This document shows, in pieces, positions 12,054-22,991 of a stretch of DNA of 64,000 nt. How positions within the stretch are numbered: position 1 is the stretch's first letter; each line of letters begins with the position of its first letter. The translations under genes and the position numbers were made by a program. The stretch is from Eledone cirrhosa (Eukaryota), in contig OZ024764.1 of assembly GCA_964016885.1 (NCBI GenBank), positions 22,506,001 to 22,570,000 of the forward strand, in the 5' to 3' direction. Below the pieces are notes generated by a model. That model did no database searches and had not been told where the DNA came from. It worked only from the letters and a program-made list of their open reading frames with translations.

Positions 12054-14113
12054 ATGTAGGTTACCAACACTAGGGAGGGCAGCATATCCTTCAGTGTGTT
12101 CTGCTACATTAACTACCAGGAGGTCACCACATGAGACAAAGACTACATTTCAAAGAGGGGTCATAAAAGAACTAAATACGAAAGTCCTCACAGCAAAAAG
12201 CAAATTATTGAGCTTTGGGTCTAGGTTAAGGGGGCAGAAGTGCTGTGCCCTGTGGATAAGACTGCAAAAGTATTCGCCCCGGACGATGGACAGTTACAGC
12301 CACCCCAACCTCATGGGACTCCCTCTTCAGAAGGGCCACCAACGTACTGATCTTACAGAGGAGCTTGGCAGTACGGGGTCTAAATACTTCTGAGGTCTCA
12401 ATGGTGACCAGTGTGAAGATACCTACAAATGATGTCATCCTAGTTATGTTGGACTGTAATATACTGGGGTATAGAGAGGCCTTAACCTGTCTCAGCTGAG
12501 TCACCCTGGGTTGTGTCATCTAGATACCAGATAGGGGTAACTAGACCATGTTGTCAACTGTCAGCACCAATAGGAGTGAGGCGAGTGGGTCCCCTTGCTA
12601 GACACCATATATAAAAACGTATTTGCTAATTACTTTAGTGAATAATTTGTTTCATACGTAATTATTACTTTTAACACAATAGGATTTTGTACACGTGTTT
12701 GTTTGAAAACATCTTTCAAAGAAGTATGAGACAGTCTTTTGCAGTCTTCTGGAGTTGCGACCGATAGATAGTATTAGCAATTGGAAAGACCAATGGAAAC
12801 ATTGTTTCCTCGGTCCGATTTGACGAAAAGTCGATCGTAAAAAAAATATATAGAGAGAGAGAAACACACAAACATACACTACTGTATTACATATGTAAGG
12901 GGAGACAATTCTCGTTACATTCCCCATTCTTTTTGATATACGTTCTTTAAATACTTTGTACAATGGAACCTGCTTTATTTTGTGTCCTAAGTAGATTTCT
13001 GTTTAAGTATTTACGAGATTCACAATGATTCACGTAACCAAGTTACTTACATAGAGATATATTTCACATAGAATCACGACAAATGAAAATATTAAGTCAA
13101 CACTCTGTCAATCAGTCTCACATCACATGGGGTGCCGGAGTCTCCCTCTAATACTTTCTGAGGCAGTCTTACCTCGAGTGGGATCTTTTACCATCTCTAC
13201 CTCTTTCTCTAGGTTGTCTTGTACCTCTCACAGTCCCTCTAAATCTTATATTAAACAGGGAGATCTTTTACTCTCCAACCCTTCTTTCTCCTTATAGTCT
13301 CGCATCTATCAGTCCCTCTAGATATTACACCTAGTATCTAGTCTATGTTGAGTGGTACGTCCTTCTCCAGTAAAGGAGTTAATATTCCCAACCATCTGTC
13401 TATCCTGTTTTCTGATGAGAATGAAGTCAATCTAGTTTATCTCTTCACCTGATTGAAGTAACTAGATCAAGTAATTAGATGTTTTCCTGTAAGTTAGTGT
13501 GGCAGTGTTTGTGTCACCATGTAAGGTTTATATCTATTAATATAGAGATGTAGTAAAGTTTTCACTGTTGTATCTCTATTTTCTAAATATCTTAATAATG
13601 TTTCTCTACTATTTCAGAATATCACATGACCTTGACAGAAAAGAGTCTTTTAAAGATAACAGAAAGATGTTACATTCAAGTGATATAAACTTGTTTAGTC
13701 TGTGGTGAATTATGGTGAAATATTTCTTCTGAATTGAGATAAATAACAACATTTTCCTTTTTCACTGTCTGGAATATTTACAAGATGATTTTACATTCTG
13801 ATTAAACTTTGGATATTTACAAAGGTGTTTTCAAAATATTTGGATATTGACAAAGATCACATTTGATAAAATTATGAACAATAGAAATATTTACATCAAC
13901 ATAGGAATATTTTCCAGAAGAGATGGGAAAATCATTATACCACTGTAATATTTGTGATAAAGTATTCTCTCTTCTTTATATGTAGAACATCTAACTAAAC
14001 ACTTTAACTAACAAACTATTGTGCTATAGAATTGACAAACTTGAGGAATGTTTAATAAATGTTACAGATTTCTCCAAACTGTCGTTTACTAACTTTAATT
14101 TGAAGCTATATTA

Positions 14114-14442
14114 TCTATATTCTACTAAAACTCTGTGATTGTGTCTTGTCCGTAATTTAATACAGCTAAAACAGTGCATAATGGGGAAATACTTTGAAAG
14201 GAATAAAACAAGATTTGTATAAATTGGAGCACAGGTTCCCAAGATACGGGGTTTTCTGGGTACCTTCATAAATATAGGGAGAGAAAGAGAGAGTGGGCGC
14301 TGGTGGTGTTGTTTAATAAAATGTGTGTGTGTGTGTGTATATATATACGTATGTGTATATTTTAACTATTTAAAAATTATTTTTAAATAACTTAAAAGAT
14401 AATTTTAAGGCAACGTGACCCAACAGGTTCCAGGTGGTCTAG
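14114..14442 (+). mobile_element. Non-autonomous Helitron
   Basis: 5' A|TCTATAT.CTACTAAAACTC; 3' GTGACC-CAACA-GGT.C hairpin, then CTAG|T; no TSD. Confidence 0.7.
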
Positions 14443-15044
14443 TTTGTTACTAAATACTAGATATTAGAGGGTCATGTTGTTCTAGATGTGCTGGAAGAGC
14501 CATTCCATCTTGTGAGGCTCACACCAGCAGCTAGCCACCTCAGCACCTATGGTGGTATATTTATTATATTATTTATTCTTTATCATTAACATTAATATAA
14601 AAGATAATTATATATTTTTAGAGAAGAACCTCTAACTTCATATAGCTTAGGGCTTCAGTAGGTAAAGTCTGGCCCTGCTTGTCTTGTATTTTTTAGGGGA
14701 GAAGTTAGGGAATACGGTTATTGTGTGAAAGTTTTCTAAATCTTCTTCAGCCACTAACATGGAGAAGATATTTCAGTAAAAAGGTTCACATCCTGACATC
14801 TATAGCTGTTAACAATGAGATTGGAATTCATTATTAAACAAATGTTTTATCATCATCACTGTTTAACAACAGTTTTTTCACGCTGGCATGGGTTAGACGA
14901 GTTATCCTGTTGTAAGCAAGGCCAGGTCAGGTGACCATGTCTGGCTCCTACAGAACAAATTTTGGATCGGTTTCTACAGCTGGATGCCCTTCCTAGCACC
15001 AACCTTATTTACATTGAGTACTGGATGCATTTTACCATCTCACC

Positions 15045-15830
15045 ATCACGACCACTTCACAGTGTGGGCTGGGTACTTTTTGTTGTGACACCTATATGAC
15101 CACTTTACAGTGTGGGCTGGGTGCTTTTTGTTGTGACACCTACATGACCACTTTACAGTGTGGACTGGGTACTTTTTGTTGTGACACCTACATGACCATT
15201 TTACAGTTTTGACTGGGTGCTTTTTGTTGTGACACCTACATGACCACTTTATAGTGTGGACTGGGTGCTTTTTGTTGTGACACCTACATGACCACTTTAT
15301 AGTGTGGACTGGGTGCTTTTTGTTGTGACACCTACATGACCACTTTACAGTGTGGACTGGGTACTTTTTGTTGTGACACCTACACGACCACTTTAAAGTT
15401 TTGGCTGGGTTCTTTTTGTTGTCACCTCCATGACCACTTTACAGTGTGGGCTGGGTGCTTTTTGCTGTGACACCTACGCAACCGCTTTATAGTGTGGGCT
15501 GGTTTCTTTTTGTCATATCACCTACATGACCAGTTTATAGTATTGGCTGTGTGTTCTTTACAGTGTGGGCTGGTTTCTTTTTGTCATATCACCTACATGA
15601 CCACCTTATAATGTTTACTGTGTGTTCTTTGCAGTGTAGGCTGGTTTCTTTTTGTCATATCACCTACATGACCACCTTATAATGTTGACTGTGTGTTCTT
15701 TACAGTGTGGGCTGGTTTCTTTTTGTCATATCACCTACATGACCACCTTATAATGTTGACTGTGTGTTCTTTGCAGTGTGGGTTGGGTGCTTTTTGTCAT
15801 ATATCCTACCCAACCACTTTGCAGTGTGGG
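15045..15830. repeat. 48-bp minisatellite (plus longer variant units), expanded
   Basis: More than ten repeats of the ctacatgaccactttacagtgtggactgggtgctttttgttgtgacac family, counting the longer variants. Confidence 0.85.
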
Positions 15831-16569
15831 CAGTGAAATATCAGTAATGCACCAGTTCCAATATTCAGTAATCAGAAGAAGGGAGGTAGGCATAAAAGCC
15901 AAACTTGCTGTCTTCAATTAGGTTTTTGTGCCAACCCTTACCTATGGTCACATATCTTGGGTAATGACCAAAAGAAGATGATTGGGAATACAAATGGCAG
16001 ATATGGGATTCCTCTGAAGGGTCTTTGAAGGAACTTTTCTCAATAAAGTGCATAGCTCTGAGATCAGAGAGTCACTCCAGGTGGAGCTGTTACTTCTCCG
16101 AATTGAGAGATCACAGCTGCAATACTATGGCCATGTGGTTAGAATGTCTGAGGAAAGAATCACTGGATAGATTTTACAGGCTAAACTAACCGGCAGGAAA
16201 CCCAGGGGTAGACCTGAGCAAGATGGTCACATAACATTCCTGAGCTTGGCTGGTCTCTCTGGGAGATCCAGCCAGATCAGTTGGGGTGGGTTACTTCTGA
16301 CAGGATTTCCCTGCTAGCAAGGGTTTAATGAGTCTACTTCAACCAAGTAAGTACTGAAGTGAAGCTACTGATCTCCCAGACAGACCAAGGATCTGAGACT
16401 TATTTACATAAGGTCTCATTTGCTACTGAGTGCACAGAAAAGGTTGTCATGTCTTTGTCATGATTGAAGGGTTCTCCAACCCTATTGTCAGGCAAGCTTT
16501 CTATGGCTAGATGTCCTTCAGATGAAAAACCACATTACAGCCTGTGTTGGGTGTGTTTATCATGTAGGT

Positions 16570-18556
16570 GAGGCATAACAAACTGAGGGTTCCCCAAGGG
16601 CCACATAGGTCACATGTGTTGTCTGAGGGTTGCACACTACAACTAATTATGTACACAACAACTAATTAAAGTCATTTAATAAAATATATTGCAGAAAGAT
16701 TTGTTACTTAAATTTAGAAACATACAATGTCCATACAAATGTTTTAGCAGCATTCATGAATACAAAGTAATGAAGTAGTTTGACAAAAAAATAAAATTTC
16801 ACATGTCAACATATACTTGCAGATTGTAACAGCAACAAATACATTGTACACAAATAACAACAGTTGAAAACTGAACATTTATTTGCTACTATTCAACCAT
16901 TTTTAGTGTTTTGTCCTGAGGCTTGACACTTCTTTCTGTTGACAATGTTTGGTATGTCTGGCTGAAATGTCTGTACAGTTCCAACTTTAATCAGAAATGA
17001 CAAGTGTTGATCTGTCAGCCTTGTTCTCTGAGAAGTTTTTGTTAAGCTAAGTACAGACTCAGTATGGGCAGTGATTTTCAGCTCTTTGCACATAAGAAAA
17101 TGAATTAAATTTCATCTGACAACGGAGACTTCCATAAGCTAAGTTTTCTAATGAAGAACTTGATGTCATCATACAACTGAGTGATGGGTTTGTTTTTACC
17201 TTGTAATTTCAAATTAAGATCAGTTAATTGTGCAGTAATATCCATAACAAAAGCCAGATGTTGGAGCCAACTTTCATCTTTTATTTCATCTGTGTTTTGA
17301 CCTTTCATCTCCAAAAACATAATTATTTCAACAAATAGAATCTTTTCAGCACTTTGTGACATGTCAACCAGCAGACTTCTGTGTAGAATGGAACATCGGT
17401 GAACTGATTATCCATATCTTCCAACAACTGGCTGAACTGACGGTGGTTGAGAGCATGGCCTCTGATTTAGTTCACTGTCTTTTTGACCAAGCTAAGCACA
17501 TGATGCAATTTTAAAATCTTTGAACATAAATTTTGCTGATGAATAATACAGTGAAAATGTGCAAATGATGAATCTAGATATGAGTTTTCTATTTTTGTTT
17601 GTAACTTGGCAGCAACACCATTATGTCTACCAACCATATTTGCAGCACTGTCAGTAGATAAACATGCAAGTTTACTCAGATCAAAACCATGCAGACACTG
17701 CTTTACCTTCTCAAAGATGTCCTGGCTTGTTATAGTGTCATGCATGGGGACCAGTTCAATCAGTTCTTCATAAATATTAAATTCACTGTCACAGGCCCTG
17801 ATGAAGAATGCAAGCTGTACTATTCCAGTGATGTCAACAGTCTCTTCAATAGCAATAGAAACATGTTCAAACCTTGATGATACAGCCTTTAACTGTTGTT
17901 TCAGATCACCTGACATTTCATTAATCTGTTCAGCAACAGTGTTCCTGGTTAATGAAATGTCTTTGAATAACTCTGCTTTCTCCGGACAATTTCAGCTGTT
18001 TTTACAAGACATTGCTTTACAAAATCTCCTTTACTGTAAGATTTCCCACTCATGGCAATCATTTGACTGAGTTCATAGCTTGCAGTAACAGAAGTGACAT
18101 CCTCTTCCTGAATTAACATAAAACAGGTCTATTGCTGTGTCAAGTTAGACTTCAATTCCTTGAGTCTTGAAACACACATTGGGCCTTCATATTTATCGTA
18201 AGATTGATGGTTTGTTTCATAATGTCTTTTTAAATTGTACTCTTTTGGCGTGGAGATGTAGTTGTTACAAATAAAAAGTGTATTTTTCTGTTCACCATTG
18301 GGCAAAAATACTGTAATTCCCACTTTTCTTGAAACACTTTCCCTTCTTCGTTCAATTTCCTTTTTCTCTTAGCTGGAGGAGCACTAACCACGTGATTAAT
18401 GGAAGTTAAAAGTAGTTGACAAAATTTGCAAAAAAAAATAATTGTATCGAAAATGTTTTAAATTTTATATTACGAAAATGAAACATGCGCGCACTGTAAA
18501 AACCTTTGTGTGGGGCGCAGGTTTGCTTGCCAAGGGCCGCATGTTTGACATGTCTG
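16570..18556 (-). mobile_element. hAT (Buster-type) copy 2, defective
   Basis: Same TSD ATGTAGGT (16562-16569, 18557-18564) and the same internal deletion as copy 1, so it was copied with the segment. Confidence 0.9.
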
Positions 18557-19118
18557 ATGTAGGTTACCAACACTAGGGAGGGCAGCATATCCTTCAGTGT
18601 GTTCTGCTACATTAACTACCAGGAGGTCACCACATGAGACAAAGACTACATTTCAAAGAAGGGTCATAAAAGAACTAAATACAAAAGTCCTCGCAGCAAA
18701 AAAACAAATAATTGAGCTTTGGGTCTGGGTCAAGGGGGCATAAGTGGCTTAACCTGTCACAGCCGGGCCACCCTGGGTTGTGTCATCTAGGTACCAGACA
18801 GGGGTAACTAGACCATGTTGTCAACTGTCAACACCAATAGGATGAGGCGAGTGGGTCGCCTTGCTAGACACCATATATAAAAACGTATTTGCTAATTACT
18901 TTAATGAATAATTTGTTTCATACGTAATTATTACTTTTAACACAATAGGATTTTGTACACGTGTTTGTTTGAAAACATCTTTCAAAGAAGTATGAGACAG
19001 TCTTTTGTCGTGTTTATTATAATAAATTACTGTATGTTGAGCTGTTTTAACTTCTCCACCTTCCATTATTTTATATTGTTTTTGTAAAAAAACGAGATCT
19101 TTTTCATATATATATATA

Positions 19119-19335
19119 TGAAGGCGTGTGGCTGAGTGGTTAGAGAATTGGATTCGGAATTGTGAGGTTGTGAGTTCGATTTCCAGACTGGGCGATTCGT
19201 TATGTCCTTGAGCAAGACATTTTATTTCACGTTGCTCCTTCTACCTGGAGTTGCGACCGATAGATAGTATTAGCAATTGGAAAGACCAATGGAAACATTG
19301 TTTCCTCGGTCCGATTTGACGAAAAGTCGATCATA
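19119..19335 (+). mobile_element. tRNA-derived SINE (copy at 53039-53255; partial at 12750-12840)
   Basis: A-box TGGCTGAGTGG and B-box GAGTTCGATT, then a CORE-like gtccttgagcaagaca. Inserted in a (TA)n tract. Confidence 0.7.
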
Positions 19336-19649
19336 AAAAATATATATAGAAAGAGAGAAACACAAACATACACTACTGTATTACATATGTCAGGGGAGAC
19401 AACTCTCGTTACATCCACCCTTCTTTTTGATATACATTCATTAAATACTTTGTTCAATGGAACCTGCTTTATTTTGTGTCCTAAGTAGATTTCTGTTTAA
19501 GTATTTACGTGATTCACAATGATTCACGTAACCAAGTTACTTACATAGAGATATATTTCACATAGAATCACAACAAATGAAAATATTAAGTCAACACTCT
19601 GTCAATCAGTCTCACATCACATGGGGTGCTGGAGTCTCCCTCTAATACT

Positions 19650-19822
19650 TTCTGAGACAGTCTTACCTCGAGTGATAGCAAGGCTAAGATGTTGGAACTA
19701 CCAAACAGCCTCATATGTATCACCTGACACCTCGGTAAGGAGAGCTGCCAACGATAACAAGAACCTCGTTGTCAGGGACCTATCTCCTCCAAACTTCTCC
19801 AACACCACAGACTAGAATATTC
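19650..19822 (-). mobile_element. Old CRE 3' fragment (copies at about 34840-35010 and 53570-53743)
   Basis: Minus-strand IF*SVVLEKFGGDRSLTTRFLLSLAALLTEVSGDTYEAVW*FQHLSLAITRGK matches CRE IFQPVAFETFGGVGPLTARFLSSLAARLIEVTG. Confidence 0.75.
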
Positions 19823-20039
19823 TACTCTTTATTCCCTATCAAATATTTTTCAGTCTAGTCATTTATCTTGTATCTTGTATATGTATTTTCAAAACTAACT
19901 GTCACATTTGTGAGACCCCAGTTAGTATTGTTTTCGTCTCCCTCCCACATCCTACATGCTGTAGTAAAAGTGAGGGTCACTGCTTCTGTAGACGAACGAA
20001 ATAAAAGTTAAACTACCAGTAATTATCGGCAAAGTATTT

Positions 20040-20365
20040 ATTCCAGTCTGTGATGTTTGAGAAGCTGGGCTGCTGACAACGAAGTTGTGGTCACTGTTGG
20101 CGGCTGGCTTTACCGAAGTACCCGATGACTCTTGTGAGGGTACTTAGCTGTTCTGGCGGTTTAGCCTCCATGACATGATTTTACTGAGATACCCGGTGAT
20201 CTCTATCAGGGTACTTAGCTGTTCTGGCGGTTTAGCCTCCATATGACCCGATCTTACCGAGATACCCGGTGATCTCTGTCAGGGTACTTAGCTGTTCTGG
20301 CAACTTAGCCCCCATATGACCCGATTTACCGAAGTACCCGGTGATCTCTGTAAGAGTACTTAGCT
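20040..20365 (+). mobile_element. Old CRE 3' fragment with a ~72-bp tandem amplification (4 copies; 2 at about 35230-35412; 4 at about 53960-54286)
   Basis: GLLTTKLWSLLAAGFTEVPDDSCEGT*LFWRFSL resembles the CRE C-terminus. gggtacttagctg recurs at 20138, 20209, 20282 and about 20354. Confidence 0.65.
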
Positions 20366-21017
20366 GGGCATAGGTTAAGTTTTACGTCCTCGAAAATGAA
20401 ACTAGGTTTTCTGACATGTGAATGTGTTTTTTTTTTTTTACAATGAAATTTACGATACACTTTTTGTTTATTTACAACAGGTCTCTATAGTGATATGGTG
20501 TTAATTAGTATTGCGTGTGTGATTATTTTCTCTTATATATATATGTGTGGGTGTGTATATGTGTGTATATATATGTGTGTCTGTATGTATATATATATAT
20601 GTGTTTGTATATATATATGTGTTTGTGTCATCATCATCGTTTACATGTTTTTACCCAAATCCCTTATCATTCTCTGTCCTTCCTATGACCCGGCCTTAAT
20701 TTGTTTATAGTTGGTGCCAACTTTGGCAAGATATTACAAAAACATCTAAACGATGATGATGACACAAACACATATATATATACAAACACACACATATATA
20801 TATATACATACAGACACACATATACACAGCCACACATATATATATATGAAATAATAATCACACACGCAATACTAATTAACACCATATCACTATAGAGACC
20901 TGTTGTAAATAAACAAAGAGTGTATCGTAAATTTCATTGTAAAAAAAAACAAAAAACACATTCACTTGTCAGAAAACCTAGTTTCATTTTCGAGGACGTA
21001 AAACTTAACCTATGCCC
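20366..21017. mobile_element. 652-bp foldback DNA element with 6-bp TSD TTAGCT
   Basis: Arms at about 20366-20652 and 20738-21017 are near-perfect reverse complements (GGGCATAGG...CCTATGCCC). TTAGCT lies on both sides. Empty site at about 35405-35410. Confidence 0.9.
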
Positions 21018-21104
21018 TTAGCTGTTCTATTTTAATTACATTTACTGATTTCAACTTCACTTTTTTTTATTACAAACTTTACATAATTTAATTCGGTAAA
21101 AATA

Positions 21105-21240
21105 TTTTTACGTCACAAAAAAACATTGAAGCATGCGCAGTGGTGCAGTTGTCGACTTCCTGTCCACGTGTTAGTCTTCCTACAACAACATTTAGACAAC
21201 ATTTCTGTAAATACTAAACACCTGAGACTATAATGTAAGT
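21105..21240 (+). promoter_or_regulatory. Predicted promoter and non-coding exon 1 of ZNF-2
   Basis: Cluster of TTACGTCA (ATF/CREB-like), GCATGCGCAG (NRF1-like), ACTTCCTG (ETS) and CACGTG (E-box), then donor AAT|GTAAGT at 21235. Found once upstream of ZNF-2, -3 and -4. Confidence 0.6.
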
Positions 21241-21439
21241 ATTATGTCTATTAATATTGTAGATTTAAGCTCACTTTTCACATCACAAATATATATTTTC
21301 TTGTTTGTTTCATTACTGGAAATATAAAATGTTATCGTAATTATCTATATTTTACCTACCTCTAATTAATTAAAGTGAAAACTTTTGTTGTTGCTGAAAA
21401 ATAAATTAACAAAACTAAATATTTAAATATTCTAAAGGT

Positions 21440-21989
21440 CCTTTTTATATTATGTGATGATATAATTAATATATTTTATTACAATTGTATAAATTTACAG
21501 TAGAATAACGTTGTAAATATGTTTTAAATATATACATAAATAACATAAGTGTGTAAATAACATTATAAATTGCTGGCAATTCCTTGAGAAAGACATTACA
21601 AATATATTGTCTAAACTGTGTATAATAATATAATTTATTGAACAATAATGATAAAGGAAAGAAAAACACAGTGGGAGATGGCAATTCACCACCAGGTGTG
21701 ATAATAGGCCACACCTCACACCTTAGGGGTTAACTACACACTTTGAGGCAAGCCAACACACTGGCAGCATTACTAAGGTGTTGAAATAACCAGGTACCCT
21801 CACGGGTATCACCTGGTACCTCAGTAAGGTGAGGCTAAGGATCTGAAATAACCAGGTACCCTCACGGGTATCACCTGACACCTCGGTAAGGTGAGGCTAA
21901 GGGGCTGAAATAACCAGGTACCCTCACGGGTATCACCTGACACCTTGGTAAGGTGAGTCTAAGGGGCTGAAATAACCAGGCACCCTCAC
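21440..21989 (-). mobile_element. Old antisense CRE 3' end (3'UTR plus C-terminal segment as a 62-bp tandem repeat, about 4 copies); empty site for the young CRE
   Basis: The reverse complement shares atatatttaaaacatattt...gttattctactgtaaattta with the CRE 3'UTR (2930-2975). gaaataaccagg recurs at 21783, 21845, 21907 and 21969. Confidence 0.75.
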
Positions 21990-22347
21990 GGAAACGACTA
22001 GATTTGTAGAAAAAGTAGGGTGAAAGTATACGAAGAGATGTAGTTTCACAGATCTACTCACACCTCACGTTGGGTGGGAAATAATTATTTTTCTTAGATT
22101 TTTTTCTAGACCCCTTTTCAATATTTTCTCTCAACCCCTTAGATACTTGCAATAGACGTTTTATTCCCCAGTATTAGGGTTAGGGTTTCCGTTTTCAGGA
22201 AGAAAAGTCGATTGCAAACATCTAAGAGGTCGAGAAATAAAATTAAGGAAAGATAATTATTTCCCAGCCAACTGGAGAAGTGTGTAGCTCTTCTAAACTC
22301 TGATAATCCTGTCTCCCACTTCTTTATCTACAAATCTAGTCGTTTCC
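21990..22347. mobile_element. About 360-bp foldback element, copy 2
   Basis: Same terminal inverted repeats as 3360-3719; central ttagggttaggg. Confidence 0.7.
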
Positions 22348-22489
22348 TGCTACTTTGAAGGCCCTATTTATTGATAACACCACTTGTAAATCTTTGTCAA
22401 CTTTTCATACGTAAATTGTGAATCAGTTATTTTTAAACAAACTATCAAAGAAGTGATCTCACAGTAACTGTGTTTGATTTAATCAACTT

Positions 22490-22700
22490 ATTCCCCCCCC
22501 CCCCCAACATTGTAGACCTTGTGTCTAAATCAGAAACTATTATAAGATCTTAAATCAACCTCGTAAAGATGAAGGGCAAAGCTAACCTCTGCGGGATTTC
22601 AACCCTTTATGTTATGAGTTCAAATCCCACCAAAGTTAACTTTGTCTTTCATTCTAACGGAGTGGATAAATTAAAGTTCCAGTAATCTACTGGGGTCTGA
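22490..22700. mobile_element. SINE fragments (Nin/Deu-like core) in opposite orientations; copy at about 56470-56680
   Basis: gagttcaaatcccaccaaagttaactttgtctttcattc..gataaattaaag on the plus strand and its decayed reverse complement immediately upstream. Confidence 0.5.
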
Positions 22701-22755
22701 GATATTAAGGTTTGAGTAGATTCTATCTTTTTGTGTGTTTGTATTTATAATCTTA

Positions 22756-22920
22756 CTAGAACACCTGTGACCTGTTGGGTCACGTTCCCTTTAAAAATAA
22801 TATTTAAATAATTAAAATATACACAGACATGTATATAATGTAAAATGAAATTAGTAGGCCCATGTATATATATATATATATATGCGTGTGTGTGTATATA
22901 TATATATATGCGTGTGTGTG

Positions 22921-22991
<71 letters not shown>

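Larger units (their letters stand above)
13181..19674 (+). repeat. Second copy of the ZNF-downstream block (about 7035-13180) with no ZNF gene
   Basis: Colinear repeat of the 82-bp satellite, relic exon, Helitron, SINE/48-bp satellite, RTE and hAT. The junction at 13180 joins cttacctcgagtg to the 82-bp unit. Confidence 0.85.

Noticed and set aside
12090-12620. GC-richer segment with short ORFs (copy at 52270-52790)
   Set aside because: Probably a LINE 5' fragment, but I recognised no motif and the ORFs are not preserved between copies. Left unclassified.
19119-19200. tRNA gene
   Set aside because: A and B boxes are present but there is no convincing cloverleaf, and it continues into a SINE core repeated elsewhere.
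19621-19815. Conserved 64-aa ORF (three copies)
   Set aside because: It is the antisense reading of a decayed CRE fragment copied by segmental duplication.
20495-20895. Pair of similar ORFs on opposite strands (MVLISIACVII...)
   Set aside because: An artefact of the palindromic foldback arms and TA/TG microsatellites.
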